Below, piece after piece: positions 7,351-16,783 of a stretch of DNA of 64,000 nucleotides. Every line of letters starts with the position of its first letter. The first letter of the stretch is position 1. Made by a program: the position numbers and the translations under genes. Under the pieces are notes generated by a model. That model was given only the letters and a program-made list of their open reading frames with translations. It did not search any database and had not been told where the DNA came from. Origin of the DNA: a virus (Duplodnaviria > Heunggongvirae > Uroviricota > Caudoviricetes); the IMG/VR virus record IMGVR_UViG_3300031419_000007; one strand, written 5' to 3'.

Positions 7351-8907
7351 TTAAGCGGCAATTCGGAGAGCTTCCTGGAATTTCTCAGGGTTGGCGTCGG
7401 CAAGCATAGCGACAACTTCCGTCTGCGTGATACCGGCACGGACAGGTTCCACGTCACCCCAGTTCCAACCGATTTCACCGTCGGCACCGATCGGGAAGTT
7501 CAGCCAATCGAACACTTCCTGTGGCCAATCGTTCATGACGTAGAAACCAAGGTTGATGGCTTCTGCAGCACGGGCGAGTGGCACTTCGATCTCAATGGAG
7601 TCATAAACCGTACACACGCAGCGTCCACCCAGTTCTTTCATACGGCGGTTCAGTTCGGTGAACACAATCAGTCCGAGCGTGGAGGCCGGCGACTGGATCA
7701 TCACGTTCTGAGCATTACGCTTAGCCGCATTGAATGCAGCGGAACCACGGAACATTGGCAGCGTGCCGAATTCCATTTTGCGCTGGGCGAATGGCGTCAC
7801 GACGAACTGGTTATCTGCAGCCATGGCGTGGCAGTCAGAGATGAAGGCTTTCACTCGAGGGTAGATGCCGAAGTACGCATCGACGATTTCCTGAGCTTCA
7901 GACACTTCGATACCCAGGTCACGGGCGATGGAGTTAACCGTAGCGCCGTACAGGAGACCGAATGTGATCGCCTTGGCACCCTGACGGTAATCCTTGTACT
8001 TCTTGTGCTCCGGGTGGTGATGGTCCTTCACGATGGCCACGAATTCGTCGTAGTCAATGTGGTAAATCATCGAGGCCGTATATGAGTGGAAGTCCTTACC
8101 GGACACACACGCATCGATCATCGTCTCGTCACCGGACAGGGCGGCGAGGATCTTTACCTCACAGGACGAGAAGTCGAACGCCAGGAACACGTAGCCGGCT
8201 TTCGCACAGTACAGCTGACGGATGTTGTACCCGTAGTACCCGCGGGGCAGGTTCAGCAGGTTCGGGTCCGACGAGGAGATACGGTGCGAACTCGTCCCGT
8301 GCAGGTTGTAGTTCGGATGCACTCGCCCGTCAGACTTGACCCAGTCGGCCACGTACGTCTTGATGAACGAGTTGTGCATCGACGCCACGTCATTACGCTT
8401 CTTGATCGCTTCAAGCCACGGCAGCTGGTGTTGCTTGGCCAGGGCTTTTAGGGCATCACCGGAAGTTGAGTCATCGCCGTGCTTGGTCTGAATGGGCGCC
8501 TTGAAGCCTTTCTCGACGTACAGGAACTCCTTGAGCACCGCCGCTGACGAGAGGTCGATACGCTTACCGATGGCCGTGAAGATCTGGTCCTCGGTTTCCG
8601 CCAAGTCCTCGATCATCCGGTTGTCCATCAAGCGGTTACCCAGGATGTCGTATTCCATTCCGACGATTTCCATGTCGCAAATGAACTCCAGGGCCTTGGA
8701 CTTGATGTCAATTTGCTCGGAAAAAACAGACGGTGCGGTCCCGACCGTTCGCTGACCTTGATGATGCCAGACAAAGCGTGGTTTATCTAAGAGCTTAGGC
8801 ATCAAGCTCGCCATGAGCTCCAACGTTCCCACGCAGTCGAGTCCTGCGTACGCATTGAGGGCGTCGTAATCGTACCACTCATACGTGAAGTTGGAAGGTT
8901 TTTTCAT
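7351..8907 (-). CDS. Family-A DNA polymerase, C-terminal piece (ExoIII motif plus polymerase domain)
   Basis: Motif A DFSSCEVKILA, motif B RQGAKAITFGLLYG, motif C VYDS, RISSSDPNLLNLP; N-terminal YAGLD matches ExoIII. Confidence 0.92.
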   Translation of the reverse strand: MKKPSNFTYEWYDYDALNAYAGLDCVGTLELMASLMPKLLDKPRFVWHHQGQRTVGTAPSVFSEQIDIKSKALEFICDMEIVGMEYDILGNRLMDNRMIEDLAETEDQIFTAIGKRIDLSSAAVLKEFLYVEKGFKAPIQTKHGDDSTSGDALKALAKQHQLPWLEAIKKRNDVASMHNSFIKTYVADWVKSDGRVHPNYNLHGTSSHRISSSDPNLLNLPRGYYGYNIRQLYCAKAGYVFLAFDFSSCEVKILAALSGDETMIDACVSGKDFHSYTASMIYHIDYDEFVAIVKDHHHPEHKKYKDYRQGAKAITFGLLYGATVNSIARDLGIEVSEAQEIVDAYFGIYPRVKAFISDCHAMAADNQFVVTPFAQRKMEFGTLPMFRGSAAFNAAKRNAQNVMIQSPASTLGLIVFTELNRRMKELGGRCVCTVYDSIEIEVPLARAAEAINLGFYVMNDWPQEVFDWLNFPIGADGEIGWNWGDVEPVRAGITQTEVVAMLADANPEKFQEALRIAA

Positions 8908-8917
8908 TTGGTCTCCT

Positions 8918-8941
8918 AAAAAAGCCCGACAGGAATCGGGC
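8918..8941 (-). terminator. Intrinsic terminator
   Basis: GCCCGATTCCTGTCGGGC plus T-run on the minus strand. Confidence 0.75.
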
Positions 8942-8964
8942 GGTGTTATAGCCTCCGAAGAGGC

Positions 8965-9843
8965 TTACACCATAAGGTTAATACCGGAGAGACGCACGCC
9001 TTCATTCAGTGACAACAGGAAATCTGTCGGGGTGAACGGCAGGTTCATCTCATTGTACTTCTCAATTACGGCGGTCAGGTTGGCGTCAGCCGCTGGAGTA
9101 GGGTCTTTACTCCACAGGACCGTTTCAGACGCGGCCAGATCGATATCGCCCAGGCCAGCTTTCTCTGGGGCAATCAGTGACTTACGATAAGACATCATCG
9201 CTTCACCGATACTCACGACCATCTCCATGATTTCTTTATCCGGAGCACCGAAACGCGGTATCGGCATTTCCAGCTTCAAGCCATTAAGAGCAGAATGAAT
9301 GTTATTCATCCGGGCCAACATCTTGGCAAGGTGAGCCGTGTCGGGAATCAGTTTATCAAAATCCGTACGCAGTTCCAATTCAGCTTTACTCAGTCCTTGC
9401 GGCGTCTGCAGAGCCATCATACGGGAACGATTATACAGGAGCTTGGCGAAGACAACCAGGCCGTCGGCACCAACTTCCAGATCCACCAAGCGAGAATGCA
9501 TCTCTTGCAGCGGTGCCATTTTGGAGAAGATGTAAGCCAGGTCTGGTGTGGAGGTCAAACTGAGATACGTCAGAAGGGAGTTCACCATCTGACTTTCTTG
9601 CTCGTTGTAGAAATACAGCTCGTCAATCAGTTGCGTTAACGCCGAGTGCAACTTCTTCGGCAGTTTGTCGGTTGACACTTTGAAGTCATCCACCTCGTCC
9701 TTCGCGAGAATGTTCTTAACGAACATATCATCGGGCATCGGGTTCACGAGGTAAATCTTCAGTTCATTGAGGTACGGTAAGTTGAATCCAATGTAGCGGT
9801 TATAAAGCTCGCGATCGATGGTTTGAAGATACGGGAGAATCAT
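8965..9843 (-). CDS. Hypothetical alpha-helical protein (292 aa)
   Basis: Long ORF flanked by its own promoter motif and terminator. Confidence 0.75.
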   Translation of the reverse strand: MILPYLQTIDRELYNRYIGFNLPYLNELKIYLVNPMPDDMFVKNILAKDEVDDFKVSTDKLPKKLHSALTQLIDELYFYNEQESQMVNSLLTYLSLTSTPDLAYIFSKMAPLQEMHSRLVDLEVGADGLVVFAKLLYNRSRMMALQTPQGLSKAELELRTDFDKLIPDTAHLAKMLARMNNIHSALNGLKLEMPIPRFGAPDKEIMEMVVSIGEAMMSYRKSLIAPEKAGLGDIDLAASETVLWSKDPTPAADANLTAVIEKYNEMNLPFTPTDFLLSLNEGVRLSGINLMV

Positions 9844-9861
9844 AGTAAAGTCCTTAGGTTG

Positions 9862-9880
9862 GTTACACCTTACTTATACC
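9862..9880 (-). promoter_or_regulatory. Putative phage promoter GGTATAAG-N4-GTGTAAC
   Basis: Plus strand gttacac ctta cttatacc, 19 nt before the start at 9843. Confidence 0.7.
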
Positions 9881-9905
9881 TGAGCTCTGCCGCATTATGG
9901 AGGCT

Positions 9906-9928
9906 AAAAAAGCCCGTCCATGGGCTTT
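9906..9928 (-). terminator. Intrinsic terminator after NAMPT
   Basis: AAAGCCC-loop-GGGCTTTTTT on the minus strand. Confidence 0.7.
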
Positions 9929-9933
9929 CAGTT

Positions 9934-11454
9934 TTAGGCCGTGTGGGCCATTAGCATACGAGTCATCGTTGCCGTGTAGTCTTCCAGCAGAATGCCGTCG
10001 CGGTAACGAACGGACATCAGTTCCGGTGTCAGCGTGCGAAGCTTAGACTCCTCCACACGGATCTCACCATCGATGAGGTACAGGAAGCGGGGACCGAACT
10101 TCGAGGCCTTGGTCGAATCCGTCGCCGGCTTCTTACCGATTGGACGACGACCATCTGCGTCACCGATTTCACACGCCTTCATGGCATAGCGTTCAGTGTC
10201 ACGCACGACGTCCTGCAGCAGGGCGCCACCCATACCGAACGCCATGTTCTCGATGGAGAAGCCGTGGGCCTTCACTTCATGACAAATACGTTCGATGCTC
10301 TCTTCGTTGATACCGTCACCGTAAATCATGCGGACTTTCGGGTTCAGCACGCGGTAGCCCTTGGAGTTGATGGTGCCACCGAACTTATCCCAGAGAATAT
10401 ACAACACGGCCACTGACTCTTCTTCCGGTACGCCAGAATCCGGGCGGAGCACCAGGCGGGCGTTCATCGCTTTGATACGCTCGATGTTGGCCGTACCCCA
10501 GTGATCAGCGACGTTACGGTGAGCGTCGACCGAGTCAATTACCGACGCGAAGATTGGACCGTCACCGAACTGGGTGATCATGTGGTCGTTGAACGCGATT
10601 TCCTGTTCCGGAGAGAGTCCAAACGCCGTCGCCGTTGAGTGTTCAGACGCTGGGATGGTGCCGCCGCCGGTGCCAGGCTCCTGATGGTAGTAAATCCGCA
10701 GGCCGTCAACGGCTTCAACGGTGTCGGTACCACGGGCACCGGTCAGCAGGTGAGCCATACCACCCAGCATTGCGCCTTCATGGCCGGTCGCACCGCGGGC
10801 GCCGAAGTCATTCAGCATGAACGTCATCAACGAATCGACGTCATCATCGGTGGTTTCTTCCAGATGCTTACGGATAGTCGCCTGCACGGCCATGCTGACG
10901 GCACCAACGGTGGTCATGTACCACACGCCACGGAGCAGAGCGGTTTCGAACGGCGAGACCAACCACGCGAAGTCAGGATGGGTTTCCTGAACGTACACCA
11001 TCGGCACACCCGGCTTCACGACACAACCTTCCGGCAGGGCCTTGATTTCCACCGGCCACTTTCCGCCAAACTCGTCGACCACACGGCGGTAGCCGGCTTC
11101 ATTGAACGGGGCGCCGTACTGTGGGTTGAAAGCTTTCTGCAGATCAATGTGCTTGTGCGTCAGCGGACGCGTCATGAACTCTTTAAGGAACGGCTGGATG
11201 AAGAACGGGATCTTGCCGTGCTTGGCACCGAAACGGGCTTCGATGTAGGACAGCAGGTGGTTGGTGCCGATCGGGTACTGCAAGAACTGAGAGAACTTGT
11301 AGCCATCCATCCACGTCAACGGGTTGAAGTTGTACTCATTGAAGATGCGGTGACGTTCGTTCGGTTGGCCGTGCAGGTCAATCATCATCTTGGCCTGGTG
11401 CTGAATGTTGCTGATAAAGCTCATATCCATGGGATTATCCTTTAGCGATGTCAA
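9934..11454 (-). CDS. nadV: Nicotinamide phosphoribosyltransferase (NAMPT); start probably near 11430
   Basis: Motifs DGYKFSQ, DFGARG, ASEHS, RPDSG, YGDGI, FGMGGALLQ, YAMKA. Confidence 0.92.
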   Translation of the reverse strand: MTSLKDNPMDMSFISNIQHQAKMMIDLHGQPNERHRIFNEYNFNPLTWMDGYKFSQFLQYPIGTNHLLSYIEARFGAKHGKIPFFIQPFLKEFMTRPLTHKHIDLQKAFNPQYGAPFNEAGYRRVVDEFGGKWPVEIKALPEGCVVKPGVPMVYVQETHPDFAWLVSPFETALLRGVWYMTTVGAVSMAVQATIRKHLEETTDDDVDSLMTFMLNDFGARGATGHEGAMLGGMAHLLTGARGTDTVEAVDGLRIYYHQEPGTGGGTIPASEHSTATAFGLSPEQEIAFNDHMITQFGDGPIFASVIDSVDAHRNVADHWGTANIERIKAMNARLVLRPDSGVPEEESVAVLYILWDKFGGTINSKGYRVLNPKVRMIYGDGINEESIERICHEVKAHGFSIENMAFGMGGALLQDVVRDTERYAMKACEIGDADGRRPIGKKPATDSTKASKFGPRFLYLIDGEIRVEESKLRTLTPELMSVRYRDGILLEDYTATMTRMLMAHTA

Positions 11455-11590
11455 TAAAGAAAAGGGCTGCGTTAAACATTGCGGTACCTACCAGAATAAT
11501 TCGACCGGTAAATGCCATAGGCGTGCAATTACTGCGGCCCAACGACATGAAGATAATCGTCGTCAGGAAGAACCATTCCCCGTGTGTCAT
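11435..11590 (-). CDS. 51-aa hydrophobic peptide (not in the ORF track)
   Basis: MTHGEWFFLTTIIFMSLGRSNCTPMAFTGRIILVGTAMFNAALFFIDIAKG; ATGA overlap with the i-spanin stop. Confidence 0.5.
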   Translation of the reverse strand: MTHGEWFFLTTIIFMSLGRSNCTPMAFTGRIILVGTAMFNAALFFIDIAKG

Positions 11591-12108
11591 TTGGTCACCA
11601 TGTGGGTCGATTGGGGTGCCGCACGTTTGTCCAGAATCACCTCTAAGGCGTGGACGTAGTCGATGAGGCTGTTAAGCTGTCGGGTGTTTTCGTTGGCGTC
11701 GTTGGCGAGACGGGCAAGATCCGCTGCAGTCTGTCGAGGAAGTTCACATCTCGCTTTTGCAGCAGGCTGGCTGGCGCTCGGTCCGTGATCACCGGACACG
11801 GCGGTGGCGGCTGGAACTTCTGGGACGTACATCCCGACAGAACCGTTAAGCAAAGAATCAGTGAGAGTTTGTGCATTCTTGCGGCCCTCCTGGAGGCCTT
11901 TTTGGTACGCCGCGTCGATCTCGAAACTGGCCGTCGTGATGGCTTGCTCCTGACCACGGGCACCGTTGGTTTGTGTCACGGTCGCCGTGGCGTTCTTCAG
12001 ATCATCCTTCGTGGCACGGTTGGAAACGCCAAAGTGATACACACCGATGGAATAGGCTGCGAACAGCCCAATCGCCAGAAGGTACTTAGTAGCAGGAGAA
12101 ATGATCAT
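11587..12108 (-). CDS. i-spanin (Rz-like)
   Basis: N-terminal TM (KYLLAIGLFAAYSIGVYHFG), helical periplasmic part, C-terminal ADENTRQLNSLIDYV-type end; contains an embedded lipoprotein ORF. Confidence 0.8.
   Translation of the reverse strand: MIISPATKYLLAIGLFAAYSIGVYHFGVSNRATKDDLKNATATVTQTNGARGQEQAITTASFEIDAAYQKGLQEGRKNAQTLTDSLLNGSVGMYVPEVPAATAVSGDHGPSASQPAAKARCELPRQTAADLARLANDANENTRQLNSLIDYVHALEVILDKRAAPQSTHMVTK
11643..11876 (-). CDS. o-spanin (Rz1-like lipoprotein), fully embedded in the i-spanin
   Basis: MHKLSLILCLTVLSG-C lipobox followed by a Pro-rich mature part, in an alternative frame. Confidence 0.8.
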   Translation of the reverse strand: MHKLSLILCLTVLSGCTSQKFQPPPPCPVITDRAPASLLQKRDVNFLDRLQRILPVSPTTPTKTPDSLTASSTTSTP

Positions 12109-12481
12109 CGAGTCTCTTCTCCTCTGCACGCTCTTCCATGAAGCAATTGGTTTCAAGCTGAATGACCGTACGGTATTCTTCATCCTCTTTGTAGAGACGG
12201 CCCGTGGTCAAGCCCCGAGAGTGCCCACGAGAGTAACCCTCACGAAAAGCAGCACGAACTTGCTCTTCGAGAGATTTCGACTCGGTCCGAGAAGGGACCA
12301 AGGAAAAATCGTCTTGTCTAGCCAGGAAGTGATAGTTACCGTCCGACACCGAGTAGAGCAGGCCGTGAGGTCCCTCCATACGGTGACCAGAGATAGTTAC
12401 TGTTTGTCCGGCGACCATTACTGTACGACCTTCGACGAGGAAGTCTTTCAGGAGCCGAACCGGCGTACCGATTTGATGCAT
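12086..12481 (-). CDS. Hypothetical protein
   Basis: 131-aa ORF between NMNAT and the spanins. Confidence 0.6.
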   Translation of the reverse strand: MHQIGTPVRLLKDFLVEGRTVMVAGQTVTISGHRMEGPHGLLYSVSDGNYHFLARQDDFSLVPSRTESKSLEEQVRAAFREGYSRGHSRGLTTGRLYKEDEEYRTVIQLETNCFMEERAEEKRLDDHFSCY

Positions 12482-12482
12482 A

Positions 12483-13721
12483 TTAACCTCGAGAGAAAAC
12501 GAGACGTTTGATGATTTCAGCGTGGTCTTCGAAGAGCTCAGAATCGGCCTTCAGGATTTCACTGAACGTGAACCAGCGGACGGCTTCGGCGTCGTCGTCG
12601 GCACGTACCTTCGGACGCTTCTCGAGACCCAGGTGATCTAGGTTAAAACGAGCGGCGTGCGTAATGGTGCGGCCACGGAGCGAGCGGCCAGGATTGTCGA
12701 ACACTTGGATCGGCTGCATGATTCGCAGCAGGTCGTCGTTGGCGACGGCGATACGGGTTTCTTCACGCAGCTCACGGATGATGGAGTCACGGATCCACTC
12801 TTTCGGACCCAGGAACCCTCCGGGAAGCGCCCAGAGGCCTTTGCCCGGGTTGAACTTGCGGCGAATCATCAGGATTGACGACTTGTGAGTCACGACAGCG
12901 TCGGTGGTCACGAAGGTTACCGGGTACGGTGCCATAGACCACGAGAACTTATCATCGCGGTAACGTTGTGATTCCGCCCGCATGTCAAAGTAACGCTCAG
13001 ACTTCACGTAGTCTTCCAGGAACTGATGCATGCTCGCCGGAGAGTTCAGCTTCAAGTGGGTCATGTCGGGCATCATCCGCAGGATACGGGCGTACTTGCC
13101 GTCCATCTGAAAGTGCTGAATCAGACCGTACGAGTTGCCGATGAAGTCTTTGATCATCGCCGACAGCACCGGGCCGTCTTTCGGATCCAGTGCCTGCAGG
13201 ATATCAAAGAGACGCGGCAGGAAGGTGTAATCCTTAGCCGGCTCTTGATCGAACAGCTCACGACGGAAGTCGGTGGCGTTCAGGTTGCGATCGTTCGGAG
13301 CGTTGTAGAAGTTCCACTGCGGGAACGAACTGAGGTAATAAGACGATTCGTCTTTCTCATGGCCAACCAGGACGACATCTTCATCTCGAATGCGATAGCC
13401 TGACTCTGGCAGTTGCTCTTCGGCGTAAGCTGCCACGGCGTTCATGACGTTGAGTTGCCACTGCTCTTCCCGGTAGTCGTCCGCCAGCGGTTTAACGGAG
13501 ACCCAACGGGCTTCATGACCCATTTCCTGCAGGGCACCGTAGATAACGGCTTCGCGGTCACGGTAATTGAAAGGGTTGCTTGGAGACGGTGCCTTGTCGG
13601 CAGAGCCTACCAGAACTAAAAGTTGATCGGCCTTTTTCGCCGCTTCACGGAACAGGTGGATGTGGCCATTGTGCAGGAACTGCATGCGGCCGATTACTAC
13701 AGCTAACTTGTATTGCTTCAT
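12483..13721 (-). CDS. Bifunctional NMN adenylyltransferase / ADP-ribose pyrophosphatase (NadM-Nudix)
   Basis: N-terminal IGRMQFLHNGH (HxGH), VLVGSA...SNPF; C-terminal Nudix box ALPGGFLGPKEWIRDSIIRELREET. Confidence 0.92.
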   Translation of the reverse strand: MKQYKLAVVIGRMQFLHNGHIHLFREAAKKADQLLVLVGSADKAPSPSNPFNYRDREAVIYGALQEMGHEARWVSVKPLADDYREEQWQLNVMNAVAAYAEEQLPESGYRIRDEDVVLVGHEKDESSYYLSSFPQWNFYNAPNDRNLNATDFRRELFDQEPAKDYTFLPRLFDILQALDPKDGPVLSAMIKDFIGNSYGLIQHFQMDGKYARILRMMPDMTHLKLNSPASMHQFLEDYVKSERYFDMRAESQRYRDDKFSWSMAPYPVTFVTTDAVVTHKSSILMIRRKFNPGKGLWALPGGFLGPKEWIRDSIIRELREETRIAVANDDLLRIMQPIQVFDNPGRSLRGRTITHAARFNLDHLGLEKRPKVRADDDAEAVRWFTFSEILKADSELFEDHAEIIKRLVFSRG

Positions 13722-13778
13722 CGTATGGTTCTCCAAAACGAGTGAGTAGGGTGTCGGTCCTCCGAGCACCCAGACAGT

Positions 13779-14045
13779 TTATGAGTATTTTTGAATCAGG
13801 TCAAGCAGGACATCACCGTGGCACGCACGAGGCTTACAGGAGCACCCCAGACGCTTGTCTTTGAGCTTCAGAAGCTCCTGGACTAGGTTAGGGTCCTCTT
13901 CCAGCTGGCGTTCAATGTAGGCCCGGTACAGCTCGATACAACGCTCCCGGCCGTACTCATTGACGCCAAACGGGTTGCCCCATGGGGTGCCGCGACCGAT
14001 GTACACGTCGAAGGGTTCGTGATGGCGATTAACGACCGTAGCCAT
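13779..14045 (-). CDS. DUF4326-family protein
   Basis: DVYIGRGTPWGNPF...LKDKRLGCSCKPRACHGDVL signature. Confidence 0.8.
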   Translation of the reverse strand: MATVVNRHHEPFDVYIGRGTPWGNPFGVNEYGRERCIELYRAYIERQLEEDPNLVQELLKLKDKRLGCSCKPRACHGDVLLDLIQKYS

Positions 14046-14382
14046 GGTTATTCCCCGGAGTTGGTAGATGATCCCACGCAATGGTCCAGACGGGATTATG
14101 CGTGTGTTGGTGTGGGGTGACTTTGTAGCCGGCGGCTTCCAGGTTGGATTTCAAGCCGGCCATCACTTCAGCAGAGCAAGGATGGGTAAGCTCGTGCTCG
14201 ATCTTAAAGCGCCCCAGGTCGACGGCCGCGGCGATCTTACCGGCAATCTTTTTCTGATGGCCGAGGACGAACTGAGCAACCTTTTGATTGGTCTGCTCGA
14301 GAACTTGGTGGGCCGGCACCAGGGTTTGAGACTGCTGGTCATAAACAGCTGTGATTTGATCAGGATTCATAGGGTTATCCAA
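14029..14382 (-). CDS. Hypothetical protein, six-member paralog family (cluster A)
   Basis: IAAAVDLG...NLEAAGYKVT...WTIAW. Confidence 0.7.
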   Translation of the reverse strand: MDNPMNPDQITAVYDQQSQTLVPAHQVLEQTNQKVAQFVLGHQKKIAGKIAAAVDLGRFKIEHELTHPCSAEVMAGLKSNLEAAGYKVTPHQHTHNPVWTIAWDHLPTPGNNHGYGR

Positions 14383-14393
14383 GGGTTAAGGGT

Positions 14394-14705
14394 TTACCAG
14401 AATTTCCACCAGGGTTTGTCAGGCAGCGGGCCCCACTTAATGAGGCAACTGTTGTCGGTACCGAACTCCCAGTCACCCCGAAAGAAACAAGCCCGATAGC
14501 CTTTTACCTTCAAGTTTTCAATGACGGCCTTCCGAACGTCATTACACTCTCGGTTTAAGCGCTTCGTCTCGAAGGAAGTCAAGCCTTTAGCCGCCGCCTC
14601 GAGAATTTCCCCGTGGATATAGGCTTCCGCTTTCAGCGTACTGTCAGCGAGCCCTTTTATCGTTGCGGCGAGTGCTTCCGATTGGTCTACCATAGGCGCC
14701 ACCAT
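14394..14705 (-). CDS. Hypothetical protein, six-member paralog family (cluster A)
   Basis: ILEAAAKG...NLKVKGYRA...LIKWG...PWWKFW. Confidence 0.7.
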   Translation of the reverse strand: MVAPMVDQSEALAATIKGLADSTLKAEAYIHGEILEAAAKGLTSFETKRLNRECNDVRKAVIENLKVKGYRACFFRGDWEFGTDNSCLIKWGPLPDKPWWKFW

Positions 14706-14989
14706 TGCTTTTCTTCAGGTTTTTCCACCTCACCCCAGGAAATGGTGTGCCATTGGTAACCTTCCTCGCCTACTTCACGGACGATCGAGTAGCCCAGATG
14801 CATAATGTGTTCGAAAGCGTGCTGGCGGACGAGGAAAGACGGGTGGCAGACGAGGGTGTGAGTAACCAGAGTGGTCAGGTTTTTAGAGCAGGCCGCGAGG
14901 ACCTGCGATTCTACGGCGTTAAGTACGTTCTCAACTTCCGTCGCCAAGGCCTCTGAAGAGGACAGGACTGCTGATTTTGCTGAAATCAT
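14687..14989 (-). CDS. Hypothetical protein, six-member paralog family (cluster A)
   Basis: VLAACSKN...HIMHLGYSIV...HTISWG...WWRLW; start chosen at ATG 14989. Confidence 0.65.
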   Translation of the reverse strand: MISAKSAVLSSSEALATEVENVLNAVESQVLAACSKNLTTLVTHTLVCHPSFLVRQHAFEHIMHLGYSIVREVGEEGYQWHTISWGEVEKPEEKQWWRLW

Positions 14990-15129
14990 CCTTTGGTTCT
15001 TCCTTACGGTAGCGTGAACGGATGTAGCCATGCGGCGACATCTCCACGTAGTCACCGACTCGATACGGTCCGGTGACAGGTTTTGCTGAAGGGGGAATGT
15101 GGTTGACCGGCTCGTATGAGTTCTGGTAA

Positions 15130-15516
15130 TCAACCTTCGTGATGCGTAACAGTTTCATGCTCCTCCACCCGTGCAGTTTTGCCATCAAATACCACCACGA
15201 CGCCATCCTTCAGCTCAACCCCGTTGAGGTTCATGACGTTATTGTCAAAGTTAATCTGGCGGGTGTGCATCAAGTTGGCGAACCAGTTCGGTAACTCGTT
15301 AGCGTCCAGATCGACCTGCAGCTGGTCGCCTTTTACCGACTTGATGCGAACTTCCTTGGCTTCGGGGCGAAGAAAGTGGATGTGACCATCGCGTTCGATC
15401 ATAAAGTCACCCAACCGAGGGGTTCCGCTGAACTGCATACAATCGGCACCCTGGGCTACTGGACGCCATACTTCTGAACTACCCTCGATGTGAACTAACT
15501 CTAAGATCTCTTGCAT
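15130..15516 (-). CDS. Hypothetical protein
   Basis: 128-aa ORF. Confidence 0.6.
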   Translation of the reverse strand: MQEILELVHIEGSSEVWRPVAQGADCMQFSGTPRLGDFMIERDGHIHFLRPEAKEVRIKSVKGDQLQVDLDANELPNWFANLMHTRQINFDNNVMNLNGVELKDGVVVVFDGKTARVEEHETVTHHEG

Positions 15517-15795
15517 TTACTTTCTCCAATAAGACATTTCGAAGTAGACCGGATCGGTGACGTACTTCCTCATTTCCCAAATGTTACCAGACTTACCGTT
15601 GCAAAAAAAGCTTGTATTCCACACACCGTGACAATTTATCTCGTGGTGCATGTAAAACGTCTCGCCGGTGACCAACGTGACTTTGACAAAGTCGTCGCCG
15701 TCGCGGGAGTACAACCAGCGGATAAACTTGAACCAATTAATCACGCGGGCACCAATCCCAGGACTCGTTGTGCTCGTCCGCTTTAAGCGCCGCAT
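15517..15795 (-). CDS. Hypothetical protein
   Basis: 3' part of track ORF 15517..15990; start uncertain. Confidence 0.45.
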   Translation of the reverse strand: MRRLKRTSTTSPGIGARVINWFKFIRWLYSRDGDDFVKVTLVTGETFYMHHEINCHGVWNTSFFCNGKSGNIWEMRKYVTDPVYFEMSYWRK

Positions 15796-16132
15796 GGAAT
15801 GCTCGGTACGCCGCTTGCTGCTCTTCTCGCAGTTCGATAATGATGTTGCCACCTTTACCAAACCACTTATAGCAGAACCCCACGTAAGACTGACCAGTCT
15901 CGAACGTTGAGACGGATAGCATGCCGTAAGAGCGGGAGTATTCGCCGTGATCGGTCGGTTTGCTATCACAGAGCCAAATCTGACGACCACCGAGATGGCT
16001 ATCCGAGCGGTGACTCGAGTGCACGAGCATGTAGAAACGCCCCGGAGTTAAATCCGGAAGGCCATCTAAGCCCGATTTAACAAGCCGAGGGTGCGACAAA
16101 TACTTCTTGAGGTAATCCGGTACCGACCGCAT
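15737..16132 (-). CDS. Hypothetical protein
   Basis: 131-aa ORF. Confidence 0.5.
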   Translation of the reverse strand: MRSVPDYLKKYLSHPRLVKSGLDGLPDLTPGRFYMLVHSSHRSDSHLGGRQIWLCDSKPTDHGEYSRSYGMLSVSTFETGQSYVGFCYKWFGKGGNIIIELREEQQAAYRAFHAALKADEHNESWDWCPRD

Positions 16133-16463
16133 TGGCAGGCTCCTTCACGTAGTATTTAGCAGGATCCAGAGCAGCGAACTGTTCCGGGGAGATGAACGTG
16201 CCACCATCAAAGTACCAACCGGGACCGACGTCACGGAAATGGCAGTACGCTTTCAACACGCCAGACTCACCGTGCATCAAGGCAAAGCCATCTTTGTCAA
16301 TCTCATGGATGGCCAACAGCACGCGCTTATGGCTTTGTACCGGCTCCGGATGAATCCCGAACTTCTTCAGCACGCTGATGATGTGTCCCCGCTTACTCTG
16401 GATATTTGGGACGTCACGAAGCTCATTGACGAGCTCCGAGTACAGATGACGTTTCATTTGCAT
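16077..16463 (-). CDS. Hypothetical protein
   Basis: 128-aa ORF. Confidence 0.55.
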   Translation of the reverse strand: MQMKRHLYSELVNELRDVPNIQSKRGHIISVLKKFGIHPEPVQSHKRVLLAIHEIDKDGFALMHGESGVLKAYCHFRDVGPGWYFDGGTFISPEQFAALDPAKYYVKEPANAVGTGLPQEVFVAPSAC

Positions 16464-16783
16464 AGGTTAATCAGTCCTGCTTTGATATACAGGTGAAGGA
16501 AGCGGCCAGGGTATAGCTTACCGCCGTGGTAAAAGCCTTGGATGATCTTCACGTCCAGTTCCGGCCCGTGGGCTCCACGGTACCGGCATACAGCAACGGA
16601 GCGTCCACGGATGGTCAATCCAACCATGGCGTACAACCGCACGCCATTAATCAGAACGGGGACACAGCGTACCGGGTCTCGACGGAGACCATGATAAAGC
16701 ACCATATCCCAGACTTCTTCCGGACGATCGTTGCGATGATACCAGCACAGAAACTTCTCGATCGCCCGAGAGATTAATCGCAT
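16454..16783 (-). CDS. Hypothetical protein
   Basis: 109-aa ORF. Confidence 0.55.
   Translation of the reverse strand: MRLISRAIEKFLCWYHRNDRPEEVWDMVLYHGLRRDPVRCVPVLINGVRLYAMVGLTIRGRSVAVCRYRGAHGPELDVKIIQGFYHGGKLYPGRFLHLYIKAGLINLCK

Noticed and set aside
7324-8451. Plus-strand ORFs opposite the DNA polymerase
   Set aside because: Antisense shadows with no recognisable motifs
10639-11445. 268-aa plus-strand ORF opposite NAMPT
   Set aside because: Antisense shadow
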